DNA of 64,000 bases from an uncultured Bacteroidales bacterium (GCA_963760915.1 CAVXEU010000003.1:631792-695791), one strand, 5' to 3'; numbered from the stretch's first letter, positions 30,070-38,182 are shown. Notes: generated by a model not told the origin, from the sequence alone. Numbers and translations are program-made.

Positions 30070-31224
30070 TTAATAATGGCACTTCATACATTCAGTACCA
30101 CCTAGTACGCTTTCAGTCACACTATCAATCTGTTCTTTTTTGAGTTTCTCTGCAAGTTCTCTGTAATCGGAATAGAATTTATTGCTCATCACATCCACTT
30201 TGTAGGTCCGGTGGCAATTTATGCACCATCCCATTGACAGATCCGATACCTGCCTGATAACATTCATTTTCTTCACATCGCTATGGCATACCTCACAGTT
30301 GATTCCGCCTGCCCCGACATGCTGGGCATGGCTGAAGAAAACATGGTCAGGAAGGTTATGCACTTTGATCCATTTAACAGGTATTCCTGCATCGTGAGCA
30401 TCAGTCACCTTAGCTATTTCAAAAGCACCGGAGCGCGATCCTGTTCGTACTATCAGGTGGCAGTTCATGCATACATTTGCCGGAGGAAAGCCGGCTGTCT
30501 GACTGATTTGCGCAAAACTATGGCAGTAAAGGCATGCTGTCTGATTCTGTCCTGCATGAACAGCATGCGAAAATTTTACTGGTTGAAAGGGCGAATAGTC
30601 TTTCGAACGACCGAGTGCTATAGCATCAATAACCAGTGTATAGCTTATAAATATTGTAGTGGAGCAAAGGAGAATGTAATCTATCCATCGTTTTTTGATC
30701 AGTTTGCTGATTATAAGATCTGTAACTGAAAACAGAAAAAGGATCGAAGCAATAATAAATAATAGCAGGTTTGTGATCACAGGCTTTTCCGGAACAAGGC
30801 CAATAGTGACAAATTTGTCCATATAGGCTTTGATGAGAACAATGTCTTCAGGGGTAAGCTGAAATCCCTTATGAGACTCGGTCATCTTTTTTCCGTAAGG
30901 ATTGAGAAGTACTTCACTTAAATCAGCTGCACTTTTATCAAGGTACTTCTTTGAAATTTCGTATGCATCCGGATTCCAGTTCAAGGTATCCAACACCCTT
31001 GTATTGTGACATGCCGCACAATTTGCTGATTTATCTTTCTGGTAAACCAACCCGAAAAACAACCTCTCTCCTCTGATAAGCTCTTCAGCAGTAAAAGTCC
31101 TTTTTTTGTAGAGGACTGAATCATTTGCCTGTTGGGCAGCGGAATAAGCAGGAATAAACAGACCTGACAGACAAATGATAACAAGTAAATAAATGATTTT
31201 TTTGAGAAGAAAGGATTTACGCAT
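30070..31224 (-). CDS. actA: Alternative Complex III multiheme cytochrome c ActA (six CxxCH motifs)
   Basis: 384 aa with CAACH, CLYCH, CMNCH, CEVCH, CINCH and CMKCH. A signal peptide and a TM segment separate the first heme domain from the other five. Confidence 0.85.
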   Translation of the reverse strand: MRKSFLLKKIIYLLVIICLSGLFIPAYSAAQQANDSVLYKKRTFTAEELIRGERLFFGLVYQKDKSANCAACHNTRVLDTLNWNPDAYEISKKYLDKSAADLSEVLLNPYGKKMTESHKGFQLTPEDIVLIKAYMDKFVTIGLVPEKPVITNLLLFIIASILFLFSVTDLIISKLIKKRWIDYILLCSTTIFISYTLVIDAIALGRSKDYSPFQPVKFSHAVHAGQNQTACLYCHSFAQISQTAGFPPANVCMNCHLIVRTGSRSGAFEIAKVTDAHDAGIPVKWIKVHNLPDHVFFSHAQHVGAGGINCEVCHSDVKKMNVIRQVSDLSMGWCINCHRTYKVDVMSNKFYSDYRELAEKLKKEQIDSVTESVLGGTECMKCHY

Positions 31225-31299
31225 TAACTGTAAATTATAAAATTTATATTAATCTTCTGCTTAAATAAGCCGACCTTTCCCTGCAATTTCCGCCAGATC

Positions 31300-31307
31300 C
31301 AAAAATA
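31300..31307 (-). promoter_or_regulatory. candidate -7 box TATTTTTG for the act operon
   Basis: The + strand reads CAAAAATA, which is TAnnTTTG on the minus strand. It lies 76 nt upstream of the actA ATG. Confidence 0.3.
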
Positions 31308-31542
31308 TTAAAATATGAAGATAAATTAATAATGAACAGGTAAATATTATACTAAAATTTTTCTTTGATAAAGATAATTAAACACTACGAACTGTCTGCA
31401 ATATGATCGCTCAATTTTATCACAACATAAAAAAATCTGATTCATTCCTTAGAAAATTGATTAAATTAATAAGTGTGCAACAGACACTTATCCGGGAATA
31501 TTAAAATACAAATGAATTTACGATTATTACAACCCTACTCGT

Positions 31543-31550
31543 TATCTTTG
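31543..31550 (+). promoter_or_regulatory. candidate -7 box TAtcTTTG
   Basis: It matches TAnnTTTG and lies 60 nt upstream of the ATG at 31611. Confidence 0.3.
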
Positions 31551-31610
31551 TGTTGATATTATACTAATTTGTGATAATAATCGTATTATATCCGTAATTA
31601 ACTTATTACT

Positions 31611-32429
31611 ATGAAAAAGCAATTAACTCTGATTCTGATACTTTCACTGTTTTCAGGTATTTTAAGTAACTGTAAGAAGGATAAGGGAGAGCCTCCGGTC
31701 CTGCCTCCACAGGAATCGATGTCTATAGATTTCAGCAATTTCGAGAGCCAGAAAAAATCAGCAGACCTGATCCCTGGCCAGAAAGGGACTGAGAACAGTA
31801 ACTGGGAATTTGCTGCAACAGTAGCAGGCTTGTGGAGGGTGATAATAAATACCACACTTATTGTACCAGTTGTATCATTTAAGCTGGCGGTTAACCAGAC
31901 TCCTGTGTATGTTACGGGTAAAACATGGCAGTGGAGCTACGATGCAACGGTTGCATCCGTTAATTATAAGGCAAGACTTACTGGAGAAATAAGAACCAGT
32001 GATGTTGCGTGGAAGATGTACATAACAAAGGAAGGAACAGGAGGTTTCTCAGATTTTCTATGGTTTGAGGGTACTTCAAAGCTCGATGGTACGGGAGGAC
32101 AATGGATTCTGAATCAAAGTCCGCAGGCACCTGCTTCAATTCTGCAGATTGACTGGACAAAATCGGGCACTTCTGTCGGTAAAATTGTTTATACATACAT
32201 TAAAAACGGAGATACATTCAATACCAGTTATATTGAATACGGACTTATGGCCAATACATTAGATGTTTATTATTATACTATTCATTATTTCAATGGTGCG
32301 AAGTTCTCAGATGTCAATGTTGAATGGAATTCCACTACTTATAACGGCAGGGTTAAGAGTCAGGATTACCTTGGAGATAATGCCTGGTATTGCTGGGATT
32401 CAAATAAGGTCAATGTTTTGTGTCAATAA
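31611..32429 (+). CDS. hypothetical lipoprotein
   Basis: 272 aa with a signal peptide and lipobox (GILSNC). It is beta-rich, with Trp/Tyr/Thr-rich composition, and I recognise no family. Confidence 0.6.
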   Translation: MKKQLTLILILSLFSGILSNCKKDKGEPPVLPPQESMSIDFSNFESQKKSADLIPGQKGTENSNWEFAATVAGLWRVIINTTLIVPVVSFKLAVNQTPVYVTGKTWQWSYDATVASVNYKARLTGEIRTSDVAWKMYITKEGTGGFSDFLWFEGTSKLDGTGGQWILNQSPQAPASILQIDWTKSGTSVGKIVYTYIKNGDTFNTSYIEYGLMANTLDVYYYTIHYFNGAKFSDVNVEWNSTTYNGRVKSQDYLGDNAWYCWDSNKVNVLCQ

Positions 32430-32555
32430 TATTTCCATTTGAGTTTCCACAATCTTCGTGCGAATTACTAAATTTTAGTGCATCTTATTCATGTCTCATT
32501 AACCGGCTGTGAATGTGGCCCGGAAGACAGCGCGCTTGAATTCTGATATTTTTAT
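32407..32555 (+). repeat. 149-bp direct repeat, left copy (contains the last 23 nt of CDS 31611-32429)
   Basis: Aligned base by base with 33480-33628. There are 2 mismatches, at 32467 and 32534. Confidence 0.95.
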
Positions 32556-32679
32556 CCTGTTTTACGCACTTTTTAAAAAAGCTTCTGAGACTCTCAAGTA
32601 ATGGGGAATGATTTTTTTATTTGGGTGTTGCATCATATATCTATGATGTATTTTATTTGAATTTTTAATTTACATCACC

Positions 32680-33159
32680 ATGGCAAACACTTATGCTCAA
32701 TGTTATTTCCATATGGTCTTTTAAGTAAAAAATCGCGATGCGCTGATAAAAAGAGAATGGAAAGATGAATTGGAAATGTATGTCACAGGAATTGTCCAAA
32801 ACCATAGGCATAAAATGCTGGCAATAGGAACAATGCCTGACCATGTTCATATTTTGATAGGTTATAATGTAAATCAGCTGATACCAGATATTATTGAAGA
32901 AATTAAAACATCATCTAATAAATTCATTAAAGGAAAAAAGTTATCAAAATTTAAGTTTGAATGGCAGAAAGGTTATGGAGCTTTCACACATTCTCATTCC
33001 CAAATAGACCTTGTGGCAAAATATATCTTGTCTCAGGAAGAGCATCATGAAAAAAAGCCATTCAGTGAAGAGTATTTTGAAATCCTGGAGAAGAATAACG
33101 TGCAATTTAAAGATGAATATGTTTTTGAATTCTTTGATGACGTTCATGGTTGGGATTAA
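32680..33159 (+). pseudogene. IS200/RAYT-type HUH Y1 transposase-like gene interrupted by in-frame TAA (codon 15)
   Basis: The ATG at 32680 gives MANTYAQCYFHMVF*VKNRDALIKREWKDELEMYVTG..., in the same frame as track ORF 32770-33159. It has the HUH motif HVHILIG and a C-terminal catalytic-Tyr helix AKYILSQEEHH. The stop codon is at 32722-32724. Confidence 0.75.
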
Positions 33160-33160
33160 A

Positions 33161-33375
33161 TATCGCGGTGCTCTGCACCTTCTGTAATGTCTTTCAAATG
33201 CATTTCTACAAATATTATGCGGCTCTGCCGCTTAATATTAGCCCGGAATGTGCAGCGCATCAACTATCAATAGATGAATAGAAGCATTGAATAGCCAAAG
33301 AAGGTGCGGAGCACCATAATATTTGTAGATAAATTATTATTATAGAAGACAAAGGTGCATCGCACCGGAATATAA
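33161..33375. repeat. cluster of four REP-like hairpins (GGTGC-N3-GCACC type) in 2 forward + 2 reverse nested arrangement
   Basis: The hairpins are GGTGCtctGCACC at 33167-33179, GCGGCtctGCCGC at 33219-33231, GGTGCggaGCACC at 33303-33315 and GGTGCatcGCACC at 33354-33366. The flanks ctacaaatattatg (33205-33218) and cataatatttgtag (33316-33329) are reverse complements. Confidence 0.7.
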
Positions 33376-33479
33376 TTATTAAATAATATATTTTTAATTC
33401 ATTAGTAAACAGTTATTTAGAAATAACAAATAATAACCATTCAGAATTAAAATTCGGGTGTTGCAACGCTGAAAACAGG

Positions 33480-33628
33480 AGGTCAATGTTTTGTGTCAAT
33501 AATATTTCCATTTGAGTTTCCACAATCTTCGTGCGAATTTCTAAATTTTAGTGCATCTTATTCATGTCTCATTAACCGGCTGTGAATGTGGCCCGGAAGA
33601 CAGCGCACTTGAATTCTGATATTTTTAT
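33480..33628 (+). repeat. 149-bp direct repeat, right copy
   Basis: 147 of 149 bases are identical to 32407-32555. The offset is exactly 1073 bp. Confidence 0.95.
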
Positions 33629-33661
33629 GATCTATATTTTGTTTTCTCAGATAAATGATTT

Positions 33662-33680
33662 TACTTTGTACTTCAAAGTA
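33662..33680. promoter_or_regulatory. palindromic box TACTTTG-N5-CAAAGTA (candidate operator)
   Basis: It lies 17 nt upstream of the ATG at 33697. A near-identical box lies at 34641-34657. Confidence 0.4.
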
Positions 33681-33696
33681 CTTTTATTTTATCACC

Positions 33697-34332
33697 ATGG
33701 AAAATAACCAGAACTATTTTGATGACCTGAAAACAATCAAAAAAATAATGGAGGAGTCTTCCCGGTTCCTTTCCCTCAGCGGATTGTCGGGTCTGTTTGC
33801 GGGAATAATTGCCCTTATTGGAGGTTCCGTTGCATATATTGTTTTCCTGAAAAGCAATTTGCTTGAGAATAACGAATTTTTCAGAAGCCTCTCAATGGGT
33901 GAGATATCTGCTCTGAAACTTAAGCTTATTTCTGTTTCGATACTGGTACTGGTTCTGGCGATAGGCATTTCACTGTATTTTTCATACAGGAAATCGCTCC
34001 GTTATGGCATACCTTTATGGACACCTGTATCTAAGCGATTGCTTTCCAGTCTCCTTGTTCCATTAATTTCCGGCGGAATATTCATCATTATTCTCTATTC
34101 TGCAACTCAATGGCAACTAATCATTCCTGCCATGCTTATATTTTATGGGCTTGCCCTGGTAAGTGCCTGTAAATTTACATTCAATGAACTATTTTACCTT
34201 GGTTTGTCAGAGATAACTACAGGATTGGCCTCTGCAATATTTCCCGAATATGGAATCTTTTTCTGGTGTTTTGGATTTGGATTTCTTCATATTGGTTATG
34301 GTCTGTTCATGTATAGAAAATACGAAGGATGA
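33697..34332 (+). CDS. hypothetical polytopic membrane protein
   Basis: About 211 aa from the internal Met (MENNQNYF...), with 5-6 TM helices. It overlaps the downstream wHTH gene by 4 nt. Confidence 0.6.
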   Translation: MENNQNYFDDLKTIKKIMEESSRFLSLSGLSGLFAGIIALIGGSVAYIVFLKSNLLENNEFFRSLSMGEISALKLKLISVSILVLVLAIGISLYFSYRKSLRYGIPLWTPVSKRLLSSLLVPLISGGIFIIILYSATQWQLIIPAMLIFYGLALVSACKFTFNELFYLGLSEITTGLASAIFPEYGIFFWCFGFGFLHIGYGLFMYRKYEG

Positions 34333-34625
34333 AAATCTCAATATCAGGTATAAATAAACTATTCGAAAACAGGGTAAGGCTCGGCATTATGTCAGTCCTG
34401 ATGGTAAATGACTTCTATGATTTCAATAGCCTCAAGGATGCTCTTGAGGTTACAGACGGGAATCTGGCCAGTCATTTAAAAGCCCTTGAAGATAATGATT
34501 TAATTAAAGTCAACAAGCAATTTATAGGAAGGAAGCCCAATACGAGTTATTCAGCTACCGACACAGGGAAAGAATCCTTCAGACTTCATTTAAAAGCTCT
34601 TGAAGAAATTATAAAAAACCAATAA
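34329..34625 (+). CDS. winged-helix transcriptional regulator (HTH_34/PadR-ArsR-like small wHTH)
   Basis: 98 aa. The pattern LFENRVRLGIMSVL...TDGNLASHLKALEDNDLIKV...GRKPNTSYSATDTGKE is typical of this wHTH family. Confidence 0.75.
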   Translation: MKISISGINKLFENRVRLGIMSVLMVNDFYDFNSLKDALEVTDGNLASHLKALEDNDLIKVNKQFIGRKPNTSYSATDTGKESFRLHLKALEEIIKNQ

Positions 34626-34640
34626 TTTTTTTATTAATTC

Positions 34641-34657
34641 ACTTTGTTATTCAAAGT
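34641..34657. promoter_or_regulatory. palindromic box ACTTTG-N5-CAAAGT (candidate operator, second copy)
   Basis: It lies 24 nt upstream of the creD-like ATG at 34682. It shares ACTTTGT..TTCAAAGTACTTTT with the site at 33662. Confidence 0.4.
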
Positions 34658-34681
34658 ACTTTTTAACTAATATATATAACT

Positions 34682-36001
34682 ATGAAAATTGAAATCAATG
34701 ACAACAAAAAATGGCAGCAGTCATTAACATTAAAGATGCTGCTTCTTGGCTTTCTTGGAGTATTTCTGCTAATACCGCTGGAAATGATAAAAATTATCAT
34801 AAAAGAGAGGCAGAAAAATGCAGAAAATGTCAAGAAAGAAATTGCTTTTCAGTGGGCCGGTCAGCAAAACATAACTGGTCCGGTGCTGAACATTCCCGCA
34901 TGGGTATATCCTTCATTAAAGGTGGCAGAACCTTACAAAACCATCTTCCATATAATGCCTGAAACGTTAAGAATTACCGGTGATATTAAGTCGGAAACGA
35001 GACACAGGAGTATCTATAAGGCAGTGGTTTACACAGCGGACCTGGGGCTTTCCGGAGATTTTATCATACCTGAACTTAACGCCGGTGAGAAAAGTGAAAT
35101 ACTCTGGAACGAGGCATATTATTCTATCGGAATTAGTGATAACCGGGGATTGAAAGGAGTTGTGAATTTAGTGTCGGATTCGACAAGCCTTGAGGCAATA
35201 CCCGGCCTTAAGGACACCGATCTTTTTAATTCGGGTATCACTTTTCTGTTTAAAGATGCCGGAAAAAACAGGAAGATCCATTATTCGCTCGCCCTTCAGT
35301 TATCGGGTTCAGAAAGTTTGACCTTAACCCCCGTGGGCAAAACGACTGAAGTTAATCTCCGATCTGCATGGGCTTCTCCCGGCTTCTCAGGTAATTTTCT
35401 GCCGGTTAAAAGGGAGATTGATAATTCAGGCTTCAGGGCTGAATGGCTGGTGACAAATCTAAACCGCAACTTTCCTCAGGTCTGGAACGGAAGTTCTTAT
35501 AGTCCGGCCAGCGATTCATTCGGTGTAGATTTTATTCTGACTGTAGATCATTATCAGAAATCGCTGAGAAGTGCAAAATATGGAATACTGTTTATCGCCC
35601 TTACGTTTCTTGCCTTAATATTTGCAGAGTTGACTATACGTGAAAAAATTCATATTTTCCATTATCTTCTTGTATCTCTTGGTCTGGTCCTTTTCTTTTC
35701 TCTCTTAAATGCCTTAAGTGAACACACAGGATTTAATCTTGCATACTTAATCTCGTCTCTTGCCACAATTACACTTATTACATTTTTCCTTCGAATGCTG
35801 ATAAATAAAAGCCAGACAGTTCTGCTGATATCAGGAATGCTTGTTTTTTTATACTCTTTTATATTCGTATTACTGACACTTAACGACTATGCTTATCTGG
35901 CAGGAAATATAGGACTTTTTGTATTGCTGGCAGTGACAATGCGACTTTCGGTCAAGTTGAATTTATTTGACAGGAAACCGGATATTGAGGTGCGGGAATG
36001 A
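34682..36001 (+). CDS. creD: cell envelope integrity protein CreD family
   Basis: 439 aa. It has an N-terminal TM helix, a large periplasmic domain and a C-terminal cluster of 5 TM helices. The N-terminus KMLLLGFLGVFLLIPLEMIKIIIKERQ is typical of CreD. Confidence 0.75.
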   Translation: MKIEINDNKKWQQSLTLKMLLLGFLGVFLLIPLEMIKIIIKERQKNAENVKKEIAFQWAGQQNITGPVLNIPAWVYPSLKVAEPYKTIFHIMPETLRITGDIKSETRHRSIYKAVVYTADLGLSGDFIIPELNAGEKSEILWNEAYYSIGISDNRGLKGVVNLVSDSTSLEAIPGLKDTDLFNSGITFLFKDAGKNRKIHYSLALQLSGSESLTLTPVGKTTEVNLRSAWASPGFSGNFLPVKREIDNSGFRAEWLVTNLNRNFPQVWNGSSYSPASDSFGVDFILTVDHYQKSLRSAKYGILFIALTFLALIFAELTIREKIHIFHYLLVSLGLVLFFSLLNALSEHTGFNLAYLISSLATITLITFFLRMLINKSQTVLLISGMLVFLYSFIFVLLTLNDYAYLAGNIGLFVLLAVTMRLSVKLNLFDRKPDIEVRE

Positions 36002-36083
36002 TAAGTTCCCAATTATTTTCTGAGGAACACATAAGCATCAAATTTTTTACTTATTTTCGCCCCTGAATTTTAACAAGATCATA

Positions 36084-36692
36084 ATGTCATCAGGGAAAAA
36101 GTCTGTTATATTGATATTTCTGATCCTCTTTGTTGATCAGGTTTTGAAAATATGGGTAAAAACCCATATGCAAATCGGACAGGAGATACATCTTTTCGAT
36201 AACTGGGGCATGCTGCATTTCATCGAAAATAATGGTATGGCCTTTGGGATGGAGATGGGGGGAAAGCCCGGTAAACTCATATTAAGTATTTTCAGAATTA
36301 TTGCCATATTCGGTATTGCCTGGTTCCTGGTTTCCCTTGTCAGAAGAAAGGCAAATACAGGACTTATACTCGCTGTAAGCGCTATTCTTGCAGGAGCGAT
36401 CGGAAATATTATAGACAGTGCTTTTTATGGAATGATATTCAGCGAAAGTTTTAATCAGCCGGCTATATTATTCCCTCCGGGAGGAGGATACTCATCTTTT
36501 CTTCATGGAAGAGTGGTCGATATGTTCTACTTTCCGATCATTGACACCCACTGGCCAGGCTGGTCTCCTATCAAACCGGGGGAGTCATTTATTTTTTTCC
36601 GGCCGGTTTTTAATATTGCAGATTCAGCAATTACCTGCGGAGTGATTTCAATAATATTATTCCAGAAAAAAATGTTCAGGGATTTGAACTGA
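36084..36692 (+). CDS. lspA: lipoprotein signal peptidase II
   Basis: It has 4 TM helices and the motifs NNGMAFG and FNIADSAI. Confidence 0.9.
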   Translation: MSSGKKSVILIFLILFVDQVLKIWVKTHMQIGQEIHLFDNWGMLHFIENNGMAFGMEMGGKPGKLILSIFRIIAIFGIAWFLVSLVRRKANTGLILAVSAILAGAIGNIIDSAFYGMIFSESFNQPAILFPPGGGYSSFLHGRVVDMFYFPIIDTHWPGWSPIKPGESFIFFRPVFNIADSAITCGVISIILFQKKMFRDLN

Positions 36693-36723
36693 TCCTGTTC
36701 AGTATCAAAGAAAATTATATCAG

Positions 36724-37020
36724 TCAAAGGCAGCAACCGCTGACACAGCTTAATATAGTTTTAAGGTTTTCATGCTTCAGATAATACCAGGTATTCTTCC
36801 CATCTCTTTTTGAAGCCAGAACTCCCCGGTCCTTGAGAATGCCAAGATGATGGGAAGCTGTTGATTGCTCTATTCCCAGCTGCTTATGAATTTCGGTTAC
36901 TGTTTTTTTATTCCCGTCCTCAAGACAGCCTACTATTGAGAGTCGCAAAGGATGTGCTATTGCTTTAAGCATATTTGCAGCTTTTTCAATACTTTCCGGA
37001 TTCAGTTCTTTAAATTCCAT
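36724..37020 (-). CDS. ArsR/SmtB family transcriptional regulator
   Basis: 98 aa with the patterns LKAIAHPLRLSIVGCL and EIHKQLGIEQSTASHHLGILK. Confidence 0.85.
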   Translation of the reverse strand: MEFKELNPESIEKAANMLKAIAHPLRLSIVGCLEDGNKKTVTEIHKQLGIEQSTASHHLGILKDRGVLASKRDGKNTWYYLKHENLKTILSCVSGCCL

Positions 37021-37207
37021 TATCTATAATTTTCCTGCCACAAATATATATAAATATGTCGATATGATAAATCCGGAACTCATTAACCCGGAAATTATTC
37101 GCAGTAAGGTATCTGCAACCAGTCAAATTCGTCTTTAAAAGAAGAACTTGTACTAAAAGATAATTTCGGACTGCTGATTTTACTATATTTGACCTAAATA
37201 TTTTTCT

Positions 37208-38182
37208 ATGCCGGTTCTCGCAAGAATTAAAAGACCTGTTGAAAAAGAGATGGCTGAGTTTGAAGCCTACTTTAGCAGAACGATGCGAAGCAACATTCCC
37301 TTATTAAATATAATCCTGAACTATATACTTCGTCGCAAGGGCAAACAGATGAGGCCATTGCTTGTATTCCTGACAGCAAAACTCAATGGAACTATTTCAG
37401 AATCTGCATTTGTTGCAGCTACTTTTATCGAACTTCTGCATACAGCATCACTGGTTCATGATGATGTAGTTGATGATGCTCATCAAAGACGCGGTGCCTT
37501 GTCTATAAATGCCTTGTGGAATTCAAAAATTGCTGTTCTTGTAGGCGATTATATGCTTTCAAAGGGAATGCTTATAAGTGTTGAGAAGAATCGTTTCGAC
37601 ATGCTTGAAATCGTTTCTGAAGCTGTTAAATCGATGAGCGAAGGTGAATTGCTTCAATTGCAGAAATCCCGGAAACTCAATATTAAAGAGGAAGATTATT
37701 TTAAGATAATAGTCAGTAAAACAGCAGCCTTACTGTCTGCCTGTACAGCCTGTGGTGCCAGATCCGTATCAGATGAACCAGAAACAATTCAGTTAATGAA
37801 GGAGTTCGGAGAAAATATAGGCATCGCCTTTCAGATCAGGGATGATATCCTGGATTATGAAGGTACCGGACTGACAGGAAAGACTGTGGGAAATGATATT
37901 AAAGAAAAGAAGATAACCCTTCCTCTTATTCATGCTCTTGAACAATCGCCAAACTCCAAAAAGAGACATATTCTGGGTATTTTAAAGACCAGGAAAAAAA
38001 CAAAAACTGAAATTGATGAGGTTATCAGCTTTGTTTCGGATTATGGAGGCATTGAATATGCTGAATTAAAGATGAATCAGTACAGGGACAAAGCCCTTGC
38101 TATCCTGGATTCTTATCCTGATACCGATGTCAAAGAATCTCTTAAGGAATTCGTTCATTATACAACATCAAGAAAAAAATAA
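37208..38182 (+). CDS. polyprenyl diphosphate synthase (IspB-like)
   Basis: It has two Asp-rich motifs, LVHDDVVDD and FQIRDDILDY. Confidence 0.85.
   Translation: MPVLARIKRPVEKEMAEFEAYFSRTMRSNIPLLNIILNYILRRKGKQMRPLLVFLTAKLNGTISESAFVAATFIELLHTASLVHDDVVDDAHQRRGALSINALWNSKIAVLVGDYMLSKGMLISVEKNRFDMLEIVSEAVKSMSEGELLQLQKSRKLNIKEEDYFKIIVSKTAALLSACTACGARSVSDEPETIQLMKEFGENIGIAFQIRDDILDYEGTGLTGKTVGNDIKEKKITLPLIHALEQSPNSKKRHILGILKTRKKTKTEIDEVISFVSDYGGIEYAELKMNQYRDKALAILDSYPDTDVKESLKEFVHYTTSRKK

Larger units (their letters stand above)
32556..33479 (+). mobile_element. 924-bp insert carrying an IS200/RAYT-like Y1 gene, bounded by 8-bp terminal inverted repeats
   Basis: It starts CCTGTTTT (32556-32563) and ends AAAACAGG (33472-33479). 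It is flanked directly by the two 149-bp direct repeats. Confidence 0.45.

Noticed and set aside
32722-32724. TAA reassigned as a sense codon, as an explanation for the in-frame stop in the RAYT-like gene.
   Set aside because: Many confidently called genes in the window (for example dtd, ctaC, rpiB and creD) terminate at TAA at the expected protein length.
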